This document shows, one piece after another, positions 1 to 10,504 of a DNA stretch of 64,000 nt. Below the pieces are notes generated by a model. It did no database searches, was not told the DNA's origin, and saw only the letters and a list, made by a program, of their open reading frames with translations. Where the stretch lies: positions 134,230,001 to 134,294,000 of the forward strand of contig OX597817.1 in assembly GCA_951406725.2 (NCBI GenBank), in the 5' to 3' direction. Both the position numbers and the translations under genes were made by a program. The stretch's first letter is position 1, and each line of letters begins with the position of its first letter. The stretch comes from Octopus vulgaris (Eukaryota).

Positions 1-506
1 AAGAAACACTCAACAATTCTCAGTTATTCTTATAGCTAACCACTAAAAATGATTTATCTACAAGTAACTGCATTGAGTCATATGAGAATTTTGATGTCCT
101 TGAGAACAGAATTGCAGATATCGTTACGATAAAATGCATGGAGATTTCAAAACACTGTCAGTAGATTATTCGGTGAAATACCAAGTCCTCCACAGCTGAT
201 ATGTAGGATACGACAGGAACCACCCCTTTTTTACACAGTTATAGGTTTGGTACACGTAAAGTTAATGGCAATTGTGTATTCATATCGTTAATTCTGGACA
301 TTTACTGGCCTCGTAAGTGACTTGATCTGGGAGGGTGTTGAAGGTAATCTCTATATAGCGTGCAAGACACAATTAGCCAATCAAAAATGCACAAAATAGT
401 TCAATGCCACAGCGTGACAATTCGGGCAGTTGTCTTCTACCAAATCTTCTCATGACGCTTTGGTCGGATTGAGACTATAGTAAAAGGAAATTAAAAGAAG
501 ATCATC

Positions 507-552
<46 letters not shown>

Positions 553-660
553 ACGACGTGCGTCTTTCAGTTTCCGTCTACCAAATTTACTCACAGGGCT
601 TTGGCCGGAACCATGTAGTTGGGAAGTAAGTTTCTTACCACACAGCCACGCCTGCGCCTC
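553..660 (-). mobile_element. tRNA-derived SINE family A, internally deleted 5' part, between (TA)n tracts
   Basis: Reverse complement reads AGGCGCAGGCGTGGCTGTGTGGTAAG...CATGGTTCCGG...GGTAGACGGAAACTGAAAG, matching the family A copies at 2593 and 4365-4533. Confidence 0.8.
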
Positions 661-672
661 TCTGTATGTATG

Positions 673-722
<50 letters not shown>

Positions 723-1164
723 ACCATAGTGGATCTTCGTCTAGCAGAAGGGTTTCCACATAGTGGTTAAAAAGAAAATTCCCTCTTATATTTATGTATA
801 TGTATATATATATATATTTATATGTGTATTTGTATTTGTGTATGTCCCCTATAACCGCTGGACAACCGTTGTTGGTGTGCTTACGTCCACCTAACGTAGC
901 GGTTCGACAAAAGGAACGGATAAAACAAGTATCAGACTAAATAAAATAAGTTCTGGGTTCGATTTGGTTGCGGTGCACCCGCATGGCCACGGTCTATTAA
1001 CTGAAACAAATAAAGGATAATTAACTTCTCACTCTATACAAACATTATTTGTGTTCGAAATTTTCGTTGCACTAATTGTGACCTGGTTACTAATAGTTAC
1101 AGTGCAATCTTTAGTGACTAGGTCACAGTTGGAGAGACGAAAACTTTCATACCAAATAATGTAT

Positions 1165-1515
1165 CAACCACACTGTTCCGTGTTCAGTCCCCCTGACTGG
1201 CACCTTGGGCAAGTGTTTTCTACTATAACCTTGGGCCGACTAAAGCCTGAGTGAATTTGGTAGACGGAAACTGAAAGAAACCCATTGTATATATATGTGT
1301 GTATGTGTTTATCTGTCTGTATTTGTCCCCCAACATCGCTTGACAACCGATGCTGGTGTGTTTACGTCTCCGTAACTTAGCGGCTCAGCAAAAGATACCG
1401 ACAGAATAAGCACCAGGCTTGCAAAAAATAAATCCTGGGGTCGATTTGATCGACGAAAGGTGGTGCTCCAGCATGGTCGCATTCAGGCGACTGAAATAAG
1501 TAAAAGACTACAAGA
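1165..1515 (+). mobile_element. SINE family A copy
   Basis: B-box-like GTTCAGTCCC, shared body, internal TA/TG microsatellite, 3' GGTGCTCCAGCATGG...GACTGAAA tail. Confidence 0.85.
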
Positions 1516-1734
1516 ATATGAAGTTATTAGACTTTGTCTTTTTGACAGGCCTGTCTACGTCTTCCATGCTGTAATTGCTTTCAATGTTTCGTCGTTATTT
1601 TTCAGTTGCCACCATGTCCTGACCGGTTGCACACCGTGTGTTTGCTGTTGCAACCTTTTTCAATCTAAAACGTGAGTTTTTTTACCGCCCCCTGTAAAAT
1701 GTTGCATACTAATTAAACCACATCTGAAGATTAA

Positions 1735-2233
1735 CCCATTGCCTGCCATGAGCCCCATTCGGGGATCTGCTAAAAACAGTCTCACTGCTGGTTGTTCGTT
1801 GTATTTAAAGTGAATTGCTTATGTACATCGTTGCATTTGTAGAAGTGTGTTTAACAATATTTAGTTGTTAAAGTTTGTCAATATTAGCTCTGGCTAATTC
1901 TAGAGGACACTGCATGTCATAAATCGCAATTTTTTAACTACAAAAATATTGACTGTTTTGAAACTATTTTTTCCCCATTTCCATCATTCATTGATATTTC
2001 ATATACATTCACATTAGATACTATAGTTTTTTAAAAAAATCTATTATTGCAATTGAATAAAGAAGGATAGATATGCTTTTTTTCATCAATACCCATTTGG
2101 GATTTTTTTGAAAAACTTATAATTTCCAAAATAATGTACAGATGAAGAAAATTTAAAAACTATATATAATTTTAACTCCAAAGGCACCAGGCAAAGCTAA
2201 AAAATATGAATTAAAAAATTGGCAATTAATGGG
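1735..2233. mobile_element. piggyBac-type non-autonomous element (MITE)
   Basis: TTAA at 1731-1734 and 2234-2237; imperfect 14-bp TIRs CCCATTGCCTGCCA / TGGCAATTAATGGG; no ORF. Confidence 0.7.
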
Positions 2234-2592
2234 TTAAGCTTCTACGAAGCTTAGTAGTTCGGCAAAAGGGATAGAATAAGTACCAAGCTCGGAAAGGAAA
2301 AAGTGCTGGAGTCAATCCGTCCGACTAGAATTGTCTGAAGATGGTGCCCCGCGCATGGCTGCAGTCTAATGATTAAAACAAGTGAAAGGTAAAATAAGAA
2401 AGGTAACAGGTTATTTCTGTAGCACCGTATGAGCGATGTGGATGGGTGTGATGGTTAACCATTTAATTTGACCAATGAACCGCTGCTGTTCACGACAAAA
2501 AAATATGAAACCAATGGTACTTCGCAATCCATCGATTTTAAGACAGCTTTACGAATAACTTAAATCGATCGCCTCTTTCTAAATGACCAAAT

Positions 2593-2750
2593 CAGGACTG
2601 GCTGTGTGGTAAGTAGCTTGCTAACCAACCACATGGTTCCGGGTTCAGTCCCACAGCGTGGCATCTTGGGTAAGTGTCTTCTGCTATAGCCCCGGGCCGA
2701 CCAATGCCTTGTGAGTGGATTTGGTAGACAGAAACTGAAAGAAGCCTGTC

Positions 2751-2793
<43 letters not shown>

Positions 2794-3122
2794 CCTGCTC
2801 GCTTAGCCAGCGGGGTGGCGTCATTCGAAGGCTAAAACAATGCGAAAGCAATGTGACCAGCGATGTGTAACTACATCTGATGGAGTGGTCGGAAAAAAAA
2901 ATATATATGTGTTTATGTGTCTGTGTTTGTCCCTCTAGCATTGCTTGACAACCGATGCTGGTGTGTTTACGTTCCCGTAATATAGCGGTTCGGCAAAAGA
3001 GACCGATAGAATAAGTACTAGGCTTACAAAGAATAAGTCCTGGGAGTTGATTTGCTCGACTAAAGGCGGTGCTCCAGCATGGCCGCAGTCAAATGTCTAA
3101 AACAAGTAAAAGAGTAAGAGTA
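2593..3122 (+). mobile_element. Near full-length SINE family A with a ~100-bp insertion in its internal (TA)n
   Basis: A-box-like TGGCTGTGTGGTAAG, B-box-like GGTTCAGTCCC, tail GGCGGTGCTCCAGCATGGCCGCAGTC...AAGAGTAAGAG. Confidence 0.9.
2791..2892 (-). mobile_element. Short dispersed element inserted in (TA)n; second copy at 53198-53319
   Basis: Reverse complement of about 53217-53319; both copies abut TA microsatellites. Confidence 0.7.
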
Positions 3123-3769
3123 AATCAAATACTTGTGGAACGAGATAATGGTTACCCAACCTGGTTTGATCTTTCTGGAATCGCACAGGTTCTAAGAGTG
3201 CGACAACTCAACCCCGAATGCAGCCATAGTACTGATAATTGTACCTCAAGCTTCAACATTGTTATTACCGCTTATAAAAAATATACAGAAGGTGAAAAGC
3301 TTCAAGAATTCCAGTAACGTAGCTTCAGAAGCGAATTCATTGCCAGATATTCTTACAGAGAGGAATTACTATTTATTTCTAGTTGATAGATTTGGTCTGA
3401 TATAGAGTCACTTCTCTGAAGACACTGACAAATTATCACTGATTGCAGATAAAGGAATTGATATAAAAGCAGCGTCAATGTTTATATATGTCTTAAGAAT
3501 AATTTCTCTTTCAAGATTATATTCGTTTGCCATGAATATCTCTCTCTGCATATCTCTAGAGATGTCAATCATTCTTTGTGATATCAAAAGCTAGAATCTT
3601 GATGTACGATTCTAAATGTAAATAAAAATGTAAACAAACGAAATGGATTATTTTAGCGGTGAAACTCGAAGTACATAAAGCTATAAATAATAGCATATAG
3701 GATACTGGACTCAAACTCCTTGGATGGAAAATGGTCAAAGACTGCTATGTGCAGTTACATTTCACTGTT

Positions 3770-4533
3770 CTTTTACTCGTTTCAGTCACTTGACTGTGGC
3801 CATGCTGGAGCACAACCTTTGCGAATTTTTAGTTGAATAAATAACTCCAGCTACCTTTTTTTAATCTGACATTTGTTCTATCTTGACGAACTGCTAAGTT
3901 ACAAAGAGGTAAACACACCAACACCGATTTTCAAGCAGTTTAACAAGGGACAAACAAACTCATATATATACATGTGGCACTCCGTCGGTTACGACGACGA
4001 GGGTTCGAGTTGATCCAATCAACGGAGCAGCTTGCTCGTGAAATTAACGTGCAAGTGGCTGAGCACTCCACAGACACGTGTACCCTTAACGTAGTTCTCG
4101 GGGAGATTCAGCGTGGCACAGCGTGTGACAAGGCTGGATCCTTTGAAATGCAGGTACAATAGGAACAGGAAGTAAGAGTGAGAGAAAGTTGTGATGAAAG
4201 AATATATCAGGATTCACTCCACCCCTGCCGGAGCCTCGTGGAGCCTTTGGTGTTTTTCCCTCAATAAACACTCACAATGCCCGGTCTGGGAATCGAAACT
4301 GCGATCCTACGACTGCGAGTCTGCTGCCGTAACCACTGGGCCATTGCGCCTCCACTATACACACATACACACGACGGGCTTCATTTAGTTTGTGTCTGCA
4401 AAATCCACTCACAAGGCTTTCATCGACCCGAGGCTATTGAAGGAGACATTTTGCTCATGGACCCACACAGTGAGACTTAACCCGGGATCATGAAGCTGGA
4501 AGCAAGCTTCTTACCACACAGCCACGCCTGCGA
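3770..4533 (-). mobile_element. SINE family A copy split by a family C SINE
   Basis: Tail at 3770-3960 and head at 4365-4533 are collinear on the minus strand around the insert. Confidence 0.8.
3975..4354 (-). mobile_element. tRNA-derived SINE family C, full length, RTE-like 3' tail
   Basis: Minus strand: TGGCCCAGTGGTTA (A box), GTTTCGATTCCC (B box), ends CCCTCGTCGTCGTAACCGACGGAGTGCCA; related copies at about 20695-20950 and 44040-44325. Confidence 0.85.
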
Positions 4534-5212
4534 CTATGGGCAACATTTTTCCGATGTTTCATTCTCCGTTCTCCTTCATTACCGTTAAACAGTTATCTAT
4601 TTTCTCTATTTCCCTCTCTCTCTCTTAACCATATTTCTTTGATCTTTATGATGTCGGTCGTCTTTGTAGTTGCTCGACCTCCTAGAAATAGGAAACAAAT
4701 GTCCATTAAATTACACTTTAACATCTTTAAATAAAACTTAAATTATCGTAACTGGAACATCTTTGATCACGTATCTGCTTAATCAGCGCTAACCTAGGGT
4801 CAACAACTTATCTTCCATATTTGGTCTCATTTCTCTCGAATCTTTCCATAATTAAAATCAATACAATGCAATTAATTTAATTACTGTGATTGCAACTAAG
4901 TATTTAATATTTATAGGTGTTGTGGAGTAATTAATATCAGCACTAAAACCCTGTATTGGTTTATTGAAAGAGAAGCCGAGAGATCTAGGTCTGCTCGCTA
5001 CTACTTAAACACTGTATACAATTACCAAACATATGGTACACACCAACAAGTCACCCACCTAACAGCGAGAATCAAAACAATGGCGCACATATTTATTCTG
5101 AATATGTTCCGGCAGATTTCAACTTTAATATTCAAATTGCTGCCGTATTTCGTCGACGTAGAACAGCTTTCAGACAAATGTGTTAATAACTTTCAATTCA
5201 TTGATATGAAAT

Positions 5213-5257
5213 TTTGAGACACTGGCGTTTCGTGTTGGTTGTATCTCTTCAGTCAAA
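5213..5257 (-). ncRNA. Decayed type-I hammerhead ribozyme motif
   Basis: TTTGA-CTGAAGA-GATACAACCAACAC-GAAAC-GCCAGT-GTC-TCAAA: intact core, GUC triplet, 5-bp stem I; stem II mostly unpaired. Confidence 0.5.
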
Positions 5258-5314
5258 GCTCTGCACAGATCAGTGAATCGTAACAAGAATTGTGCCCCTT
5301 GTTTTCTCTTTTTC

Positions 5315-5660
5315 TAGTTTCAGTCACTTGACTGTGGCCATGCTGGTGCACGTTCTTGAAGGAATTTTAATCGAACGAATCAACCACAGTACTTACATGT
5401 TTGAAGTCTGGTACTTATTATATCGGAATCTTTTACCCAACTGCTAATTTACGGGGACATAAACACACTGACACCGGTTATCAAGCGGTGGGTGGGTGTG
5501 ACAAACACAGTTACAAAAATACAAATATGTACGCACGATAGGGTTCTTTTAGTTTCCGTCAACCAAACCCACTCAAAAGGCTTTGGTTGGCCCGAGACAC
5601 TTGCCGAAAGTGTCAGGCAGCGGAAGTCAACCGAGAAACATGTGGTTGGGAAGCATCTAC
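5315..5660 (-). mobile_element. SINE family A copy, diverged
   Basis: GTTTCAGTCACTTGACTGTGGCCATGCTGG (tail, reverse complement) and body motifs. Confidence 0.75.
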
Positions 5661-6727
5661 AAATTAGCAAGCAAATTATTTACTGATGCATAGCTGATCT
5701 CTGCCAAATCGATGATAAATCGTTACATGCACGGAAACCAAAACCAATAATTTACATTATCTTATTCTTAATACGTGAATACATCGTTGTCTGTTGTTTA
5801 TTTTTTGCAGATAACAACCAAGTCGAAACACCGCGGTGGTTTATAGTCCCCTCACTCCAGTGAATCGAGTCTGCTATGGACACACATCTGTCTGATGGGA
5901 GAAGTTCTCCAATGACGAAATACAGCAACGATTAAGCCTGTCGATGTTCGAACCTGCTCGACTGTGTTGAAAACGAATATATACGTCATTTTCATACTAG
6001 CAATAGCTATCTGTAATTACGAATGCTTTGCGGTAATCTGATACCGTCCATTCTGAAAAGGAAATAATAAGAAACGCAATTTAGTACAAACATATACAAA
6101 TGAGCGTAGCCCAGTGGTTCAAGTATTGGATCGATTACCATTAGGCCTTGAGATCGATAGTCGCTCCCAGTTTCATGTTATGTCCCTCAGCAAGCCAGCG
6201 TTTCATTTTATATTGCTCTAGTCGTCTCAACTAAAAACACTCAACTGAGCACTCGTGTTGCTCTCTTGCTCCTGTTATTTCATCCAGAATGATTAGCTTG
6301 CTAATGGCAGAAAGACAGAGAGGATGTCTACATCTGCTCGCGATGACAGACATCGAAGCTCTTTGTAAAAACACGTGACATACTTCCAAGTGACCCACGG
6401 TTTCAAGCGACACTTTTACTAGTTTAGTATCGTTGGTGTCAACGGAGTTTATGTGGCACGAAAAAATTATCTAAAAATATGATCACGTCGAGAATATAGT
6501 AATCAACGACCAGTATTTCAGTTTTCCCAGGAAACGGAAGAGAACCCTGGGCATGATTTGGTAGTACGTCAATCGTGTATGCAATGATGCGTTCTTCGCC
6601 TCTTCGAGAAGTATACGGAAGACTTCACTGAGGAGATAAGAATGAGAGAGAAACGTACTGTGAATTGTATTCCATGTTTGTTAGAAAATTGCTATTATTA
6701 ATCGAGGCATAAAACATACTAAAATGA

Positions 6728-7180
6728 TTTCAAATTCTGGCACAAAGCCAGCAACTTTTTAGGAGGGAGTAAGCTGATTATATAGACCCTATTCCTCAGC
6801 CGATACTTAATTTATCAAGCCCAAAAGTGATGAAAAGCAAAGTCGACCGCTGTGGAATTTGAACTAAGAACGTAAGGACGGACGAAATGCCTATTTCTTT
6901 ATTACCCAGAAGGGACTAAACACAGAGGGGACAAACAAGGACAGACATAGGTATTTAGTCGATTACATCGACCCCAATGCGTAACTGGTACTTAATTTAT
7001 CGACCCCGAAAGGATGAAAGGCAAAGTCGACCTCGGCGGAATTTGAACTCAGAACGTAACGGCAGACGAAATACCACTAGGCATTTCGTCCGGCGTGCTA
7101 ACGTTTCTGCCAGCTCACCGCCTTTAATGCCGCTGATAGTTTTCTCGGCGTGCTAATGAATCTGCCAGCTCCACCGCCTT
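6728..7180 (-). mobile_element. SINE family B host copy containing a nested B-variant SINE (6892-7125)
   Basis: Host 3' part 6728-6891 and host head 7126-7180; AATGCC duplicated at 6886-6891 and 7126-7131. Confidence 0.85.
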
Positions 7181-9242
7181 TAAACATGTCAATATTAACT
7201 CATTGTTTTCTACATGGATGGTGTTTTTGAATTGGTTAATTAATAAGTCTGGAGACATTTATATTCGTCTAATGTAATCACGTTTTATCTCAAGAGTTTT
7301 CCTCTTATCTGATCTGACATTCAATCTCAACGTAAAGCTATGCAATTTGTTATTCTAAAAGTTAACCAAACTCTTCTTACAGTAAAACTTAACGAGTTTG
7401 GATGATAAGTTCGTATTCCGTGGGGAGAAGTGAAATTCAATGTTTCGGGACAATACCAGCATTTCAAAGAATATAATTTTTCAGTGCACTGAACTAATTT
7501 TCGGCAAATAAAATCTCAAAAGAGCACAACGTTACCAGAGGCTAGTGTCTTGTTACTGAATTCCATCTGCTTGTACTACGTGATCGTAAATGTAAAGTTT
7601 TATTCTATCAAATTATGAATACTCAAAAATATGACGACATCCGAACATTTCTTCATCTTTATCAAAGAATATTCTCTGAAGTTGTCTTGATAAATATATG
7701 CGATGTCTAAGTTTATTTCATTACTAATTCATTATTAATAGCATATTAATTACAACGTCAATTAATTTGCTTTATACTTAATATCTTTTCCCAGCTTATG
7801 TATTTAATCAGACTAGAACATTGTAGACATTATTTGGCAATCTGTCAGCCCTAATTAATTAGGCCTCTGTTCGAAAGCTTCATAGCAAGGGCCAGTCTGG
7901 CGTTTACGGAAGCAATTTGACGAAGACCTTCATTCACAATTTGCCTTTAGTGAAGGCTGGATGTGTCAACCAGTGAGGTGTTTTCAGTTTCCTATTTGAA
8001 ATAATTTATTTCCCATTTGTGAACAATTCCTTTCGTAAAGGCATACACGTCAAATCATCCCATTTGCCGCTAACTCCAAGATTGCAAACGAAAATCGTTT
8101 TTATGCTAAATAACCCCCAATGAAATTATATAGTTTGAAAGAAAATATAGCAGATAGAGTTTACACACCATCCTCCTTCCCGCGCACCATACTATCATCA
8201 CATTTTTAATGACACTGCTCCCCCTAACCACCCATCCGTACTATCATTTCTCCAAAACATCACAGAGATGCTCTGCAATATAATTACCATTACCAATTCT
8301 GCTTTCAGCACCAAACACAACAACACTGATACAATCAGCGCCATTAACATCGCCAATACTTTCACCGCCAAAACCTGAAAAATCTTGCCAATATTTCGGT
8401 CGTAGCGTATTGCTCAAATTTCCTTCGTTTCTGCCACGCTAGGTCCGTTCTCTCTCTCTCTCTCTCTCCCTCCATTATCCCTCTTACCCTTTCTTCATTC
8501 TTCTCATTTTCCTTTTTTCTCTCTCAATCATTCATTATTCCTTTTCTTCCTTACATCTTTACCATGTCCCTCTCCCTCTTCATTCTTTCCCCTCTTTCAT
8601 AGTTTTCCTATTCCTCTTTATTCATTAGTCTTTATCTCATCTATCCACCCACCCCTCTTTCCTCTTCCCCTATTACAAACACGTACATCATTTCCAACAC
8701 TTCGCAGTCAATACGATCCGTCTTTATTCCATGGAATCTTCTACATTCTACAAACGTTATAACTCCAACTCGCATGCAATCACACCTATTAACACACTAT
8801 TGATAATTTCAGGTAAAAATAATCTTCTTTTCAGTTGTTTTTCTTCTTTGAATTCTTACAGTTCTTCAGAACGGAATTAATTATGTTTGACAGATAAATT
8901 AACAGCTCTCTTTTTTCTTGGGCGCTACTGAGTGCTAAAACACATTTCAACAGATCAAACCTACCGAAAATTCCAATGCTTCAAACGAATAAGAAGCACA
9001 AAATAATGTTCTTGTTGCTAATATTTAACTGCGGGTCAGTGCTGATCAAGGGAATATATAATCAAGTACATTCCACCGAAGAGAGCAACAAGTCTTTTGA
9101 GAAGGGTGGCATCTAGAATTGTATTATCTAGTTTTATATATAGTTGGAATTTACTAAGAAAAAAAAACAAAGCAAAAGACGAAGACGGGTGTGTAAACAA
9201 CAAAAGAGGTATCAGTTTAACGCTCGGGAAGGTGAGAAAGTA

Positions 9243-9276
9243 TTTTACGTTTCGAGCCAACGCTCTTCAACAGAAA
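9243..9276 (-). ncRNA. Minimal hammerhead-like motif, Penelope type, variant core
   Basis: TTT-CTGTTGA-A-GAGC-GTTG-GCTC-GAAAC-GTA-AAA; perfect stem II, palindromic ACGT stem III, core CUGUUGA instead of CUGANGA. Confidence 0.55.
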
Positions 9277-10342
9277 GGAACACAGGAATAAAAAAAAAAA
9301 AAAGAGAGAGAAAATATAAAAACAAAAATTTGTAACGAAAGGTTTCGATTCTTCTAATTTAAAATTATACTCCAGCGGTTTTGTAGATATATATATATCA
9401 GGGCATCTGGATGTGGATAATATATGAGTGTGCGTATATATATATGCAGAGGAAACATGCGGGCACAGAAGTGATGCTGTTCTTAACTGAGCCTAGAAAA
9501 GTATAGTACATGAAAAAGTAGTTTAAAATGACCACCACCATTGAAGTTGGGAATATGCAAATATTGCAGTTGTATTCAGTTCCTTGAAGTGTAAAGCTAT
9601 ACACCCTCTTTAGATTCTACCTACCCCTACAAATAAGATTCTACGTGGAACTTCCTGTATTTTCTTCCTAGAGAACACTATATGGTCTATGACGGAAATG
9701 GTTGAAGTACATTAAATGGAAATGGAAATGAGACCTGTTTTTCAGCATTTGAAATTTCTCATCTACTTTCCTCTCGTGTTACTCCAAGTAGAGATGAACT
9801 GACGTTTAAACAGACAGAAATATTTTCTCATCTTTAGGGAACGGTGACTAGGATGTACTTTAACTCAAAAGGTAAAAGTATAACAGGTAATCGTATCCCG
9901 TTAGCACAGATAAATGGTTAGGTGGACTAAGGGTGGGGTTTGTGATATTCCAATTAAAACAAAAAAAATTAACATCCTCTCTACAGACAAAAGCTTCGGA
10001 ATCTACGCTCAGAAAAGTTTGGAAGTCCAGTATTTCTGGGACTTTATACTTCCCAAAAGTACACAAAATTAAATTCATCTTCCACACACTCAGCATAAAC
10101 CATTGGCTGGATATGAACGCATTTAGCTAATCACTCATCGAACTTAACTAAATTACCAGCATACAGCCGAAAGACTTCTTGGTCATATTTTCCCTACTTT
10201 TTCCCATCCGAATCCAAAAGGCGTCTTTTAAAATTCAAATTTCAACCTGAGCTGCAATATTTTAAAAGCTTCCACTTCTTGTCCTGTACTTTTCGAGATC
10301 AAATTAATTAAAAATATCATCATTACTGTATATTAAGTACAC

Positions 10343-10504
10343 TATTTACATTTGACGGATATTTGCCCTCATTTTGTTTGTTGTTAACACACCGTTTCGG
10401 TTGATATACCCTCCAGCCTTCATCTGAAGGCTGGAGGGTATATCAACCGAAACGGTGTGTTAACAACAAACAAAATGAGGGCAAATATCCGTCAAATGTA
10501 AATA
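10343..10504. repeat. Perfect palindrome, 80-bp arms with 2-nt spacer, from the hammerhead-bearing element
   Basis: 10343-10422 is the exact reverse complement of 10425-10504; sequence homologous to the arms at 40473-40895. Confidence 0.95.

Noticed and set aside
505-759. ORFs rich in YI/CV/HT repeats (also 15849, 17410-17739, 43658-44025)
   Set aside because: Translations of TA/TG/CA microsatellites, not genes
5795-5935. Acceptor-like TTTTTTTGCAG followed by GC-richer sequence, possible terminal exon
   Set aside because: All three frames stop within 18 codons, no recognisable homology and no partner exon; cannot be supported without RNA data
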